DNA of 64,000 nt from the NCBI GenBank assembly GCA_030390025.1, contig CM059431.1, positions 137,332,001 to 137,396,000 of the forward strand, in the 5' to 3' direction. The position numbers and the translations under genes are program-made. This document shows, in pieces, positions 37,495 through 51,113 of the stretch (positions are counted from its first letter, which is position 1; each line of letters opens with the position of its first letter). This DNA comes from Squalus acanthias. Lineage: Eukaryota. The notes below the pieces were generated by a model that searched no databases, had not been told where the DNA came from, and saw only the letters and a program-made list of their open reading frames with translations.

Positions 37495-40400
37495 AGAGTG
37501 GGAAATGGGCGATAGTGGTCGGGGGGTGTGGAGAATGGGAGATAGTGCTCGGGGTGTGTGGAGAATGGGAGATAGTGCTCGGGGGGAGTGGAGAATGAGA
37601 GATAGTGCTCGGGGGGTGGAGAATGGGAGATAGTGCTCGGGGGGGGGCGTGGAGAATGGGAGATAGTGCTCGGGGGGGTGGAGAATGGGAGATAGTGCTC
37701 GGGGGGATTGAAGAATGGGGGATAGTGCTCGGGGTAGTGGAGAATGGGAGATAGTGCTCGGGGGGAGTGGAGAATGGGAGATACTGCTCGGGGGTTCGGA
37801 GAATGGGGAATAGTGCTTAGGGGGGGGTGGAGAATGGGAGATAGTGCTCGGGGGGAGTGGAGAATGGGGGATAGTGCTCGGGCGGAGTGGAGAATGGGAG
37901 ATAGTGCTCGGGGGGTGAAGAGAATGGGAGATAGTTCTCGGCGGGAGTGGAGAATGGGGGATAGTGCTCGGCTTGAGTGGAGAATGGGAAAAAGTTGCTC
38001 GGGGGGTGCGGAGAATGTGGGATAGTGCTCGGGGTGGAGTGGAGAATGTGGGATAGTGCTCGTATTCATGGAGAATGGGGTATAGTGCTCAGGGGGGGTG
38101 GAGAATGGGAGATAGTGCTCGAGGGGAGTGGAGAATCGGAGATAGTGCTCGGGGGGAGGGGAGAATGTGAGATAGTGCTCGGGGGGAGTGGAGAATGTGA
38201 GATAGTGCTCGGGGGGAGTGGAGAATGTGGGATAGTGCTCGTATTCATGGAGAATGGGGTATAGTGCTCAGGGGGGGTGGAGAATGGGAGATAGTGCTCG
38301 GGGGGAGTGGAGAATGGGGGATAGTGCTCGTATTCATGGAGAATGGGGGATATTGCTCGGGCGGAGTGGAGAATGGGAGATAGTGCTCGTATTCATGGAG
38401 AATGGGGGATAGTGCTCATGGCGGGGTGGAGAATGGGAGATAGTGCTCGTATTCATGGAGAATGGGGGATAGTGCTCATGGGAGGGTGGAGAATGGGAGA
38501 TAGTGCTCGTATTCATGGAGAATGGGGGAGAGTGCTCATGGGGGGGTGGAGAATGGGAGATAGTGCTGGGGGGAGTGGAGAATGAGAGATAGTGCTCGGG
38601 GGGAGTGGAGAATGGGGGATCGTGCTCGGGGGGAATGGAGAATGTGGGATAGTGTTTGGGAAGTGTGGAGAATGGGAGATAGTGCTCGGGGGGAGTGGAG
38701 AATGGGGGATAGTGCTCGGAGGGAGTGGAGAATGGGAGATAGTGCTCGGGTGGAGTGGAGAATGGGAGATAGTGCTCGGGGGGAGTGGAAAATGGGAGAT
38801 AGTGCTCGGGGGAGTGGAGAATGGGAGATAGTGTTCGGGGGGAGTGGAGAATGGGGGATAGTGCCCGGGGGGAGTGGAGAATGGGAGATAGCGCTCGGGG
38901 GGAGTGGAGAATGGGAGATAGTGCTGGGGGGTGCTGAGAATGGGGAAAAGTGCTCGCGGGGAGTGGAGAATGGGAGGTAGTGCTAGGGGGGAGTGGAGAA
39001 TGGGGGATAGTGCTCGTATTCATGGAGAATGGGGGATAGTGCTGGGGGGGGGGTGAAGAATGGGAGATAGTGCTCGGGGGGAGTGGAGAATGGGGGATAG
39101 TGCTCGGGGGGAGTGGAGAATGGGAGATAGTGCTAGAGTGGAGTGGAGAATGGGAGATAGTGCTCGGGGTGAGTGGAGAATGAGAGATAGTGCTAGAGTG
39201 GAGTGGAGAATGGGAGATAGTGCTCGGGGGGAGTGGAGAATGAGAGATAGTGCTCGGGGGGTGGAAATGGGAGATAGTGCTTCGGGGGAGTGGAGAGTGG
39301 GAATAGTGCTCGGGGGGGTGGAGAATGGGAGATAGTGCTGGGGGTAGTGGAGAATGGGAGATAGTGCTCGGGGGGAGTGGAGAATGGGAGATAGTGCTCG
39401 GGGGTAGTGGAGAATGGGAGATACTGCTGGGGGGTTCGGAGAATGGGAAATAGTGCTCGGGGGAGTGGAGAATGGGAGATAGTGCTCGGGGGGAGTGGAG
39501 AATGGGGATAGTGCTCGGGCGGAGTGGAGAATGGGAGATAGTGCTCGGGGGGTGAAGAGAATGGGAGATAGTTCTCGGCGGGAGTGGAGAATGGGGGATA
39601 GTGCTCGGCTTGAGTGGAGAATGGGAAAAAGTTGCTCGGGGGGTGCGGAGAATGTGGGATAGTGCTCGGGGTGGAGTGGAGAATGGGAGATAGTGCTCGG
39701 GGGGAGGGGAGAATGGGAGATAGTGCTCGGGGGGAGTGGAGAATGGGAGTTAATGCTCGGGGGGAGTGGAGAATGTGGGATAGTGCTCGTATTCATGGAG
39801 AATGGGGTATAGTGCTCAGGGGGGGTGGAGAATGGGAGATAGTGCTCGAGGGGAGTGGAGAATGAGAGTTAATGCTCGGGGGGAGTGGAGAATGGGGATA
39901 GTGCTCGTTTCATGGAGAATGGGGGATAGTGCTCATGGGGGGTGGAGAATGGGAGATAGTGCTCGGGGGATGGAGAATGGGGATATGCTCGGGGAGTGGA
40001 GAATGGGAGATAGTGCTCGGGTGTGTGGAGAATGGGGGATAGTGCTCAGGGGGAGTGGAGAATGGGAGATAGTGCTGGGGGAGTGGAGAATGGGGATAGT
40101 GCTCGGGGGAGTGGAGAATGGAGATAGTGCTCGGGGGTAATGAGAATGGGGGATAGTGCTCGGGGGGGTGGAGAATGGGAGATAGTGCTCGGGGGAGTGG
40201 AGAATGGGGATAGTGCTCGGGGAGTGAGAATGGGAGATAGTGCTCGGGGTGAGGAGAATGGGGGATAGTGCTCGGAGGGAGTGGAGAATGGGAGATAGTG
40301 TGGGGGGAGTGGATAATGAGAGATAGTGCTCGGGGGGAGTGAGAATGGGGGATAGTGCTCGGGGGATGGAGAATGTGGGATAGTGTTTGGGAAGTGTGGA

Positions 40401-43400
40401 GAATGGGAGATAGTGCTCGGGGGGAGTGGAGAATGGGGGATAGTGCTCGGGGGGAGTGGAGAATGGGAGATAGTGCTCGGGTGGAGTGGAGAATGGGAGA
40501 TAGTGCTCGGGGGGAGTGGAAAATGGGAGATAGTGCTCGGGGGGAGTGGAGAATGGGAGATAGTGTTCGGGGGGAGTGGAGAATGGGGGATAGTGCTCGG
40601 GGGAGTGGAGAATGGGAGATAGCGCTCGGGGGGAGTGGAGAATGGGAGATAGTGCTCGGGGGGAGTGGAGATTGTGGGATAGTGCTCGGGGGGAGTGGAG
40701 AATGGGGGATAGTGCTCATGGGGGGGTGGAGAATGGGAGATAGTGCTCGCATTCATGGAGAATGGGGGATAGTGCTCATGGGGGGGTGGAGAATGGGAGA
40801 TAGTGCTCGTATTCATGGAGAATGGGGGAGAGTGCTCATGGGGGGGTGGAGAATGGGAGAAGTGCTGGGGGGAGTGGAGAATGAGAGATAGTGCTCGGGG
40901 GGAGTGGAGAATGGGGGATCGTGCTCGGGGGGAATGGAGAATGTGGGATAGTGTTTGGGAAGTGTGGAGAATGGGAGATAGTGCTCGGGGGGAGTGGAGA
41001 ATGGGGGATAGTTCTCGGCGGGAGTGGAGAATGGGGGATAGTGCTCGGCTTGAGTGGAGAATGGGAAAAAGTTGCTCGGGGGGTGCGGAGAATGTGGGAT
41101 AGTGCTCGGGGTGGAGTGGAGAATGGGAGATAGTGCTCGGGGGGAGGGGAGAATGGGAGATAGTGCTCGGGGGGAGTGGAGAATGGGAGTTAATGCTCGG
41201 GGGGAGTGGAGAATGTGGGATAGTGCTCGTATTCATGGAGAATGGGGTATAGTGCTCAGGGGGGGTGGAGAATGGGAGATAGTGCTCGAGGGGAGTGGAG
41301 AATGAGAGTTAATGCTCGGGGGGAGTGGAGAATGGGGGATAGTGCTCGTATTCATGGAGAATGGGGGATAGTGCTCATGGGGGGGTGGAGAATGGGAGAT
41401 AGTGCTCGTATTCATGGAGAATGGGGGATAGTGCTCATGGGGGGGTGGAGAATGGGAGATAGTGCTCGTATTCATGGAGAATGGGGGAGAGTGCTCATGG
41501 GGGGGAGGAGAATGGGAGAAGTGCTGGGGGAGTGGAGAATGAGAGATAGTGCTCGGGGGGAGTGGAGAATGGGGGATAGTGCTCGTATTCATGGAGAATG
41601 GGGGATAGTGCTCATGGGGGGGTGGAGAATGGGAGATAGTGCTCGTATTCATGGAGAATGGGGGATAGTGCTCATGGGGGGGTGGAGAATGGGAGATAGT
41701 GCTCGTATTCATGGAGAATGGGGGAGAGTGCTCATGGAGGGGAGGAGAATGGGAGAAGTGCTGGGGGGAGTGGAGAATGAGAGATAGTGCTCGGGGGGAG
41801 TGGAGAATGGGGGATCGTGCTCGGGGGGAATGGAGAATGTGGGATAGTGTTTGGGAAGTGTGGAGAATGGGAGATAGTGCTCGGGGGGAGTGGAGAATGG
41901 GGGATAGTGCTCGGAGGGAGTGGAGAATGGGAGATAGTGCTCGGGTGGAGTGGAGAATGGGAGATAGTGCTCGGGGGGAGTGGAAAATGGGAGATAGTGC
42001 TCGGGGGGAGTGGAGAATGGGAGATAGTGTTCGGGGGGAGTGGAGAATGGGGGATAGTGCTCGGGGGAGTGGAGAATGGGAGATAGAGCTCGGGGGAGTG
42101 GAGAATGGGAGATAGTGCTCGGGGGGAGTGGAGATTGTGGGATAGTGCTCGGGGGGGAGTGGAGAATGGGGGATAGTGCTCATGGGGGGGTGGAGAATGG
42201 GAGATAGTGCTCGCATTCATGGAGAATGGGGGATAGTGCTCATGGGGGGGTGGAGAATGGGAGATAGTGCTCGTATTCATGGAGAATGGGGGAGAGTGCT
42301 CATGGGGGGGTGGAGAATGGGAGAAGTGCTGGGGGGAGTGGAGAATGAGAGATAGTGCTCGGGGGGAGTGGAGAATGGGGGATCGTGCTCGGGGGGAATG
42401 GAGAATGTGGGATAGTGTTTGGGAAGTGTGGAGAATGGGAGATAGTGCTCGGGGGGAGTGGAGAATGGGGGATAGTGCTCGGAGGGAGTGGAGAATGGGA
42501 GATAGTGCTCGGGTGGAGTGGAGAATGGGAGATAGTGCTCGGGGGGAGTGGAAAATGGGAGATAGTGCTCGGGGGGAGTGGAGAATGGGAGATAGTGTTC
42601 GGGGGGAGTGGAGAATCGGGGATAGTGCTCGGGGGAGTGGAGAATGGGAGATAGCGCTCGGGGGGAGTGGAGAATGGGAGATAGTGCTGGGGGTTGCTGA
42701 GAATGGGGAAAAGTGCTCGCGGGGAGTGAAGAATGGGAGGTAGTGCTAGGGGGGAGTGGAGAATGGGGGATAGTGCTCGTATTCATGGAGAATGGGGGAT
42801 AGTGCTGGGGGGGTGGAGAATGGGAGATAGTGCTCGGGGGGAGTGGAGAATGGGGGATAGTGCTCGGGGGGAGTGGAGAATGGGAGATAGTGCTAGAGTG
42901 GAGTGGAGAATGGGAGATAGTGCTAGAGTGGAGTGGAGAATGGGAGATAGTGCTCGGGGTGAGTGGAGAATGGGAGATAGTGCTCGAGTGGAGTGGAGAA
43001 TGGGGGATAGTGCTCGGGGGGAGTGGAGATTGTGGGATAGTGCTCGGGGGGGAGTGGAGAATGGGAGATAGTGCTCGGGGGGAGTGTAGAATGGGAGATA
43101 GCGCTCGGGGGTGCGGAGAATGTGGGATAGTGCTCGGGGGGAGTGGAGAATGGGAGATAATGCTCGGGGGGAGTGGCGAATGGGAGATAGCGCTGGGGTG
43201 TGCGGAGAATGTGGGATAGTGCTCGGGGGGAGTGGAGAATGGGTGATAGTGCTTGTATTCATGGAGAATTAGGGATAGTGCTCAGGAGGGTTGGAGAATG
43301 GGAGATTAAGCTCGGGGGGAATGGAGAATGGGTGATAGTGCTCGTATTCATGGAGAATGAGGGATAGTGCTCAGGGTGGGTGGAGAATGCGAGATAGAGC

Positions 43401-44490
43401 TCGGGGGGAATGTAGAATGTGGGATAGTGTTCGGGAAGTGTGGAGAATGGGAGATAGTGCTCGGGGGGAGTGCAGAATGGGGGATAGTGGTCGTGGGGAG
43501 TGGAGAATGGGGGACAGTGCTCGAGGGGGGAGTGGAGAATGGGAGATAGTGCTCGGGGGGAGCGGAGAATGGGAGATTGTGCTCGGGGGGAGTGATGAAT
43601 GGGCGATAGTGCTCGGGGGAGTGGAGAATGGGGGATAGTGCTCGGATGGAGAATGGGGGAGGGTGTTCTGCGGTAGTGGAGAATGGGAGATAGTGCTCGG
43701 GGGGAGTGGAGAATAGGAGATAGTGCCCGGGGGGGAGTGGAGAATGGGGGATAGTGATCGGGCTGAGTGGAGAATGGGGTATAGTGCTCGGTTGGAGTGG
43801 TGAATGGGAGATAGTGCTCGGGGGGAGTGGAGAATGGGGGATAGTGCTCGGTTGGAGTGGAGATTGGGAGATAGTGATGGGGGGAGTGAAGATTGGGAGA
43901 TAGTGCTCGGGGGGAGCGGAGAATGGGAGATTGTGCTCGGGGGGAGTGGAGAATGGGAGAGAGTGCTCGGGGGGAGTGGAGAATGGGGGAAAGTGCTCGG
44001 GGGGATTGGAGAATGGGGGATAGTGCTCCGGGGGGTGGGGGTGGAGAATCGGAGATAGTGCTCGGGGGGAGTGGAGAATGGGGATAGTGCTCAGGTTAAT
44101 GTAGAATGGGGTATATTGCTCGCGTTAATTGAAAATTGGGGATAGTGCTCGGGCTAATAGAGAATGGGGGATAGTGCTCGTATTAATGGAGAATGGGGGA
44201 TAGTGCTCGGGGGAAATGGAGAATGGGGGAAAGTGCTCAGGGGGAGTGGAGAATGTGGGATAGTGCTCGGGGGGAGTGGAGAATGGGAGATACTGCTCGG
44301 GGGAGTGGAGAATGGGAGATAGTGCTCGGGGGGAGTGGAGAATGTGGGATAATGCTCGGGTTAATGTAGAATGAGTGATATTGCTCGGGTTAATGGAGAA
44401 TGGGGGATAGTGCTCGGGTTAATGGAGAATGGGGTATAGTGCTCCGGTTAAAGGAGAATGGGTGAGTGTGCTAGGGTTAATGGAGAATGT
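37495..44490. repeat. ~7 kb G-rich 30-bp minisatellite inside the NLR intron
   Basis: Monomer GGGGAGTGGAGAATGGGAGATAGTGCTCGG, which generates the spurious GEWRMGDSAR ORFs. Confidence 0.98.
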
Positions 44491-44874
44491 GTTGCCAAGG
44501 AGCCATAGCCCACTTTGCGCTGCCTCCCATGTTGACATTTTAACCCACAATGCCTTGCAATGGATTACACCGCCATTGTGTCATTTCAGAATTATTCAGG
44601 TAGACTGGAATTTATTTCATGATTGAATAGGTACCTTTCCTTACATAGCTTGAATTTCAGCCCGTGTCTGGCTGGGATTTTAACCCGCCCAGCTGGACGT
44701 TAATAGAATATATTCGGCCAGAGGTTTTACTCCTCGCCGGGTTTTACACACCGTTGACTTCAAATGAGAGTAATATTGGCGAATTGTTCAAAGCAGCGAT
44801 GGGCACATTCCCATCAGTTTCCTGTCAAGCAATGAAATTACTCCCAAGTTTAAGTTAACATGGAAGTACTGTGT

Positions 44875-45240
44875 CATAGAATCATAGAGTGATACAGCAC
44901 AGAGGAAGGCCACTCCGCCCATCGTGCCTGTGTCGGTTCTTTGAAAGAACTGTCCAATCATCCGACTTCCTTCCTCTTTCACCACAGCCTGCAAATTATT
45001 GCCCTTAAGGCCTTTATCCCATCCCCTTTTGAAAGTTGCTATTGAATCTGCATCCACTATCCTTTCAGGCAGTGAAGTCTGGATCATAACAACTCGCTCT
45101 GTAAAAAAAAATCTCCTCATCTCTGTCCTTTGGTTTTCGAGCCTTATGCCAGTGGAAACAATTTCTCCTTATTTACTCTATCAAAATCTTTCATGATTTT
45201 GAACAACTCTATTAAATCTCCGCATGCTTCTCTGCTTCTA
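44875..45240 (-). mobile_element. CR1 3' fragment
   Basis: MRRFFFTERVV, with (CATAGAAT) tail units. Confidence 0.8.
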
Positions 45241-45344
45241 ATGAGAAACTTCTGAGAACGTTTCTTGTGACATGGAACTGATCTTTATGCAAAGAGCGAC
45301 TTTTTCCTTCCCTTATTTCTGACACTGTTTCTCTTGTCTTTCAG

Positions 45345-45431
45345 ACTGAATCACAATAATATTGGAGACGCTGGAGTCAAACTGCTGTGTGCAGCACTGA
45401 AGCACCCGGACTGTAAAACGCAGAGACTGGA
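45345..45431 (+). CDS. NLR LRR exon (87 nt)
   Basis: ctcttgtctttcag| [34 protein letters not shown], phase 2-2. Confidence 0.9.
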
Positions 45432-45599
45432 GTAAGTGACACTCCCGATTTTAAACTAACACGCCGCCCGGTGGGTGCGAGTCGAACACTTGTTTCACAC
45501 CCCTCCCAATATTACCATTGACCAATTAATGCCTGGCGGGTTAGGTTATAATAATTGTCTGTTCTTTTCCTATGATGCAGTGCTGTGCATCATTATGGA

Positions 45600-46525
45600 A
45601 ATTATGTTAGAGCTGTACAGAGCTCTGCTTAGACCCCATCTGGCGAACTGCTTTCTGTTTTCTGCACCACACCACAGAAAGGATATATTAGCCCTGGAAG
45701 GGGTGCAGCCCAGATTCATCAGAATGAAACCGGGTCTTAAATGGTTATATTATGCGGACAGGTGACTCATACTAGGCTACTATTCCCTTGAGTATAGAAG
45801 ATTAATGGGTGATCTAAATCAGGTGTTTTAGTTGATTTTAGGATTTGATAGCGTCACAGACAGAATCAGAATCACAGAATCCCCACAGTGCAGATAGAGG
45901 CCATTTCGGCCCATCGAGACTGCACCGACACATATCCCACCCTATCCCCGTAACCCCACGTATTTAATCCCCCTAACACTAAGGGTCAATTTATCATAGC
46001 CAAATCAACCTAACCCGCACATCTTTGGACTATGGGAGGAAACCGGAGCACCCGGAGGAAACCCACGCAGACACGGGGAGAATGTGCAAACTCCACACAG
46101 ACAGTCACCCGAGGCCGGATTCGAACCCGGGTCCCTGGCGCTGTGAGGCAACAGTGCTAAACACTATGCCACCGTGTTGGCCTGAGAAACTATTTCTTTT
46201 GGTGGGCGGAGTCCAGAACCAGGGCCGATAATTATAATTTAAAACTAGGCCGTTCAAGGGTCATTTCAGGAAATACTTCTTCAGACAAAGTTTGGTGGAA
46301 AGTTTGGTCGAACTCTCGCCCCCAAAATGCTGTTGAGGCTGGCGGGGGGTGGGGGGGTCAATTGAAAATTTCAAAACTGAGATTGATAGATTTTTGATAG
46401 ATAATGGTATTAAGGCTTTAGCGACCCAAGGCGGGTAGATGGAGTTAAGATACAGATCAGCCATGAGCTAATTGAATGGAAGAACAAGCTTGAGGGGCTG
46501 AATGGCCTTCTCCCGTTCCTGTGTC
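45600..46525 (+). mobile_element. CR1 3' fragment interrupted by a SINE
   Basis: LYRALLRPHL...LEGVQ. Tail gaggggctgaatggccttctcccgttcct. Confidence 0.85.
45865..46181 (-). mobile_element. HE1/V-SINE-type SINE inserted in a CR1 fragment
   Basis: Nearly identical to 29030-29240, with an (ATTCTG)-like tail. Confidence 0.88.
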
Positions 46526-46611
46526 CCCATTGTACTTCCTATATTCCTAATGTAATATCTTATTGCCTTTTCGAGCTGAAGTAAATCCGGATTTTAATTA
46601 TTAATCTTTAG

Positions 46612-46779
46612 ATTGCAGGATAACAATCTGACAGCTGCTTGCATTGAAGATCTCAGGACAGCATTCAGTATGAACCAATCCGTGACGATGCTGTACCTGG
46701 ACGGAAATCAGTTCACGGACCAATGTGTTCCCGATCTGAGAAATCTCATACTGAGCTGTAAAACCGTAGAGCTGATCCA
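46612..46779 (+). CDS. NLR LRR exon (168 nt, two repeats)
   Basis: atctttag| LQDNNLTAACIEDLRTAFSMNQSVTMLYLDGNQFTDQCVPDLRNLILSCKTVELI |GTGAGT, phase 2-2. Confidence 0.88.
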
Positions 46780-47437
46780 GTGAGTGCTTGTGTTCATCTT
46801 GAATTATTAAATCTGTGGATAATGCTTTCTGTTATAAAATAATATGTGTGAGATATTCTTCTGGGGCAGTGTCACGAATTGGATGATATGTCACACGTGC
46901 TGCCCGTTGTAATCTTCTCGAGATATTCCGTTCCACTGGCATCAGAGGTAAATTTCAATCTAACTGGCCGGGCGGGAACACCCGTTTTTGCACCCCGCCC
47001 GATATTGCTCTCCGCTTCCTTCAGTCGAGAGTAAACTCAGGCGGATGTAAACATCTGTGACCCAGCCAATCTTGTCAGATTCCCGACAGATGCGTTAGGG
47101 TACGATTGCTCCCGGTATTGAAGCTACAGCGCCACGTATAACAGGAGGCCTGTGTCTGTTGCACACAGCCCGAATAATTTCTACCCCACAGATTTTTACA
47201 ACATAGAGGGGATCATTCGGCCCATCAGGCCTTTTCTGGCTCTTTGAAAGAGCTATCAAATTAGTCCCAAACCGCCTGCTCTTAAACTACAGCCCTGCAA
47301 AATCATTCACTTTCAAGTATTTATCCAATTTCCCTTTCGAAAGTATAAAACTATATTTCACTTATATGATTGAAATGTTACAAGTGCTTTTGTCATTTTG
47401 TCCTAATCTGTTAGTTGTCTGTTTCCCTCTGTTTCAG

Positions 47438-47525
47438 AGTATGGAGGAACCAGTTCAGTTCAGATGGACAGAAACAGCTCAGGTCGCTGAGAAAATCCAG
47501 GGCTGGACTGCGAGTCTTTGTGTGA
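47438..47525 (+). CDS. NLR terminal coding exon
   Basis: tttccctctgtttcag| VWRNQFSSDGQKQLRSLRKSRAGLRVFV then TGA. ATTAAA at ~47623 and AATAAA at 47663 follow. Confidence 0.85.
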
Positions 47526-48089
47526 TCACGGGGCCGAGGAAGCGATTGTTAATTGGTCTGTTAACAAAGCCTGAAATGTGTTTTACTGAGATTCATGAGC
47601 AACAAAATGAGATACACGGGAGATTAAAATTAATCTAAAACAGCACCTGCTTGAACTCAAAAAATAAAACTGGAAATACAGGAAGTAGAAATGGGACTAT
47701 CTTTATTTTTAAAGATAAAAATAGCTTTATTAATTATCAACGTCCGTCGGGAAACTGAGGGAATCGGGAGCAACGCTGGTTTTACACCCCGCCCGATTTT
47801 ACTCTCCTTTGAAGTGCTCGGAAGCAAAATCGGGCAGGATGTGAAACACGCGTTGCTCCCGATCACGTGATCTCCCGCCCTGCGATTTCCGTTAACATAA
47901 GAGACACATGAGCACAAGTTTAGGACATTGATGCTTCGTCAGAATTATATTTCAAACATGAAAAATCTCTTTTATCAGATTGATTTCATGGGTTTAACTC
48001 CTTGACTGATTTTACAGCCGTTTCATCTGCTAATAACCTGCCAGCTCTGTATGTGTAAGTGTTTCACCTCCGCCAAGAAAGAGAAGTTT

Positions 48090-48385
48090 GCAGAGAGACA
48101 GGAGAGATGTGGAAAGAGAGAGGATCGCTCAGAGAGAGAGAAACTGGGATGAAAAGAAAGAGATGCAGAAATAGAGCAGATGCATAAAGGGAGAGACAGC
48201 GGCAAAACGAGAAGTAGAAAGAGATGGAAAGAAACAGAGATGTAGTAAATGAGAAATCAAGAGAGAGAGAGAGATACAGAAAGAGAGAGATATAGAAAGA
48301 GAAAGAGATAGATATAGAGAGAAATACAGAAAGAGACATTGAGAAAAGAGACCTCGCGGCACGGAGAGAGACGCAGCGATTGGAG
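48090..48385. repeat. GA-rich simple repeat
   Basis: Degenerate (GA)n tract. Confidence 0.85.
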
Positions 48386-49416
48386 ATGTAGAATATGAAG
48401 CCAAACAGAAATGTCACCGTGTAATCCTCGCCCAAAGTACAGAGCGTCCTATCTTATTGACTGTTAACGCTCATAACCGCAGACCTTTTATAACCCAAAC
48501 TTGGTGCCACTAATGGATAATGTGGAGAGGTACAGAGAGGCAAAGATGAGAAACAGGCCAGGGTCGGAGAAACTGCAGAGTGAATAATAAGAGACAATAA
48601 CCAGCGACAGTCCTATTCTGCTTTTATTCCTCGGCATCTTCCGTTCCTTCCAATGGAAGGTCAGAACAAAATACGAGAGAAGTGGTTTGCTGACGCTGTC
48701 TTTTTTCCGGGGTTTCTGGCACAATTACGGTGGGACATTCGCCAAACATCTAGGAAATTCCAAGTGAGAGCAACTGAGCGACTGAGCGGGAGTAATTGTG
48801 CAGCGTTGCTCACATTTTTTGCCGAGAAATGAGCGTTGGGTGCTGACTTCCGGGCGGCAATGTATCCGCGCCAGATCACCTCTGGAAGTGTCTTCCAAGT
48901 GTCCACGACATCCCGTCGCTACGCTGCCAAATTCGTAATCAATTGGGTGGAGCATGCGCAGTGCATGCTCCCCTCAGTTATTTCCGGTATACAATGGCTA
49001 CCGACTGATCCCTAAAGTGACCTCGGGAGGCCGCTCAGCGAAGGTAAGTAAAATAGTGTTTGACTTCCCTTAATGTGGGGTCAGGTGGAGCAGGACTGGG
49101 ACATTGATTCGCACTTACTGTTAACTCCTTTCCTTCCCCTTGGGTTTACTCGCTGGCCCTGTCTGACGAAATTTACGATGGCCCTAGCGACGAGCTGCAT
49201 CAGACGATTGGCGTTTGGACATCGCAGATTTTAGGCAGAGAAAGCACGAAGCCCAATTTTCAGTAAGCTTTGGGCCCACGGCTTTGAGCTCATGCTCCAC
49301 TTGTGCAACACACTTGGCGATGGTTTCCGGCACTGGATCATTTTATCCCGCAGAGCTGACAATGGGAAGGGAAATCGGGCGGTACTAATGAAAGGCAGCT
49401 GATCCGCATCATCAAT

Positions 49417-49985
49417 AACAACAACTTGCATTTATATAGCGCCTTTAATGTAACGATTATCAAACACAATTAGAACACCGTGAAACATCAGGAGTTATTA
49501 CGACAGGTGAACAAAAGCTTTGGCAATGATGTAGGTTTTAAGCAGCATCTTAAGGGTGGAGACAGATTAGAGAATTGCACAGATTTAGGGAGAATTTGCC
49601 GTGGTTTAGGGCCGAGGAGTCTGAAGGCACGGCCGCCAACGTTGGAGCGATAAAACCAGGGCTGCGCAAGAGGCCAGAATTGGAGGAACCCCGATATTTC
49701 TGTGGTTTGTAGGGCTGGAGAAGTTTACAGAGATAGGGAGGGGCGAGGCCTTGGAGGGATTTGAAAAAAAAAAATGAGAATTTTCAAAATGCGGCATTGC
49801 CGGACCAGGAGTCAGTGTAGGTTAGAGCGCCCAGGGGGTGATGTGTGAACGGAACGTGGTGCGATTTAGGATGACCCGTCAGAATGATGGATGAGCAGAA
49901 GTTTGCCGAGGGTGCAGGCTGGAAGACCGGCCAGGAGAGCATTGGAAAAGTCCAGACATGAGTTAATAAAAGCAGGATGAGTGAT
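49417..49985 (-). mobile_element. L2-like LINE 3' fragment
   Basis: Minus strand ends aaaggcgctatataaatgcaagttgttgtt, and the body resembles an L2 RT C-terminus. Confidence 0.65.
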
Positions 49986-51113
49986 TGAACACCTGTTTTA
50001 GGCCCCTACCTTTAGCTGAAAAACTATTACACAAAAACAGAAATAGGTCTGTGCGACTGAATGATAAGCTGTGAGTCTAGAAATTACTGCTTGCGATATT
50101 AACAGACTAAATCTAAGTTTAATATCTACAATAGAATCCCTCCGTAACATTTTAATGGTGGTTTGGAGCTTTATATCATGAATGGCTGGCGAAGTCACTT
50201 GAAATGAGTGAAGTAACCATTCCGATACCAATACTTTACAGCAAAACATCGGGGAGAAAGACCGGGCTAATCTTAACCTTCTTTCAATGGGAGAGTGAAA
50301 TCAGGCGGAGTTTAACATGAGCGGGAGACCAGAACCCGCCCGTTTACGGCCAGACCGGTTTGGTTAAATTAAGCCCCCTGGTGTTTTAACAAGTACTTTC
50401 ATAAAGAATGCCGGTGCCATGTTACTCCTTGGGAATAACTTTGTTGACTCGCTGGAAGATTCCTACCAAATTACCCAGCACCGTTCCATTTCCACAAATT
50501 GCCTGAAGAGCCCAATCATTTCCTTGTAGATGCATGTGGCTCTGTGAGCTGGAGGTCACTGCATGTGATCTTAGAGGAAGAATGCAACCTGCAACATTCC
50601 CCTTCTTTAGCGGAGGTGTTGACCAATTTAAAATGGAAATACATTATCCAATCAGGCGTCTGCTAAGTGCAAGGCCTCTCCCCAGGCTTTCAGACTAGAA
50701 CCGAAACTCCGCTCCATTTCCTCAAGCAAGTGATTTTGGATACAGGGATATGGGCACAACACGTGCACCAGCTAACATCTGCATTTCCTATTCCACAGAT
50801 CCGTCCGTTTAGGCAAACAGAGTAGGAATGCCCCAGGTTCTAGACTGGCTTAGAATTCGTTGGGAGGGGGAACAGGAAAATGATTACCGCTCTTGGAGAC
50901 AATTTTAAATTAACCTGGCAATCGGGAAACTGATGGAATCGGATGAACGTGTGTGTTGCACACCACGTTATTTCACTCTCATTGAATTCAACGGAGAGTA
51001 ATATAGAGGGATGGGAAGGATGTAAAACTGTCAGTTTCCCGCCCGGCCTGTTAAGTTCAAATTACAACAGTGCATGCTCCGCCATTTAATGAGATCATGG
51101 CTGATCCTCCAAT

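Larger units (their letters stand above)
26943..47525 (+). pseudogene. NLR (NACHT-LRR, NLRC3/NLRP-like) gene with 8 coding exons and two 1-nt frameshifts (pseudogene or consensus error)
   Basis: Phase-compatible GT-AG exon chain: 26943-27027, 27924-28093, 30686-30853, 30956-31021, 34389-36134, 45345-45431, 46612-46779, 47438-47525. NACHT and ribonuclease-inhibitor-type LRR motifs present. Frame breaks at ~30700-30720 and ~35097. Confidence 0.85.

Noticed and set aside
37398..44087. Many 60-400 aa ORFs (GEWRMGDSAR / PRALSPILHS)
   Set aside because: They are translations of a 30-bp satellite in several frames on both strands.
47366..47638. 90-aa ORF over the NLR last exon
   Set aside because: Wrong frame. 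The spliced phase-2 frame gives the LRR-like end and stops at 47525.
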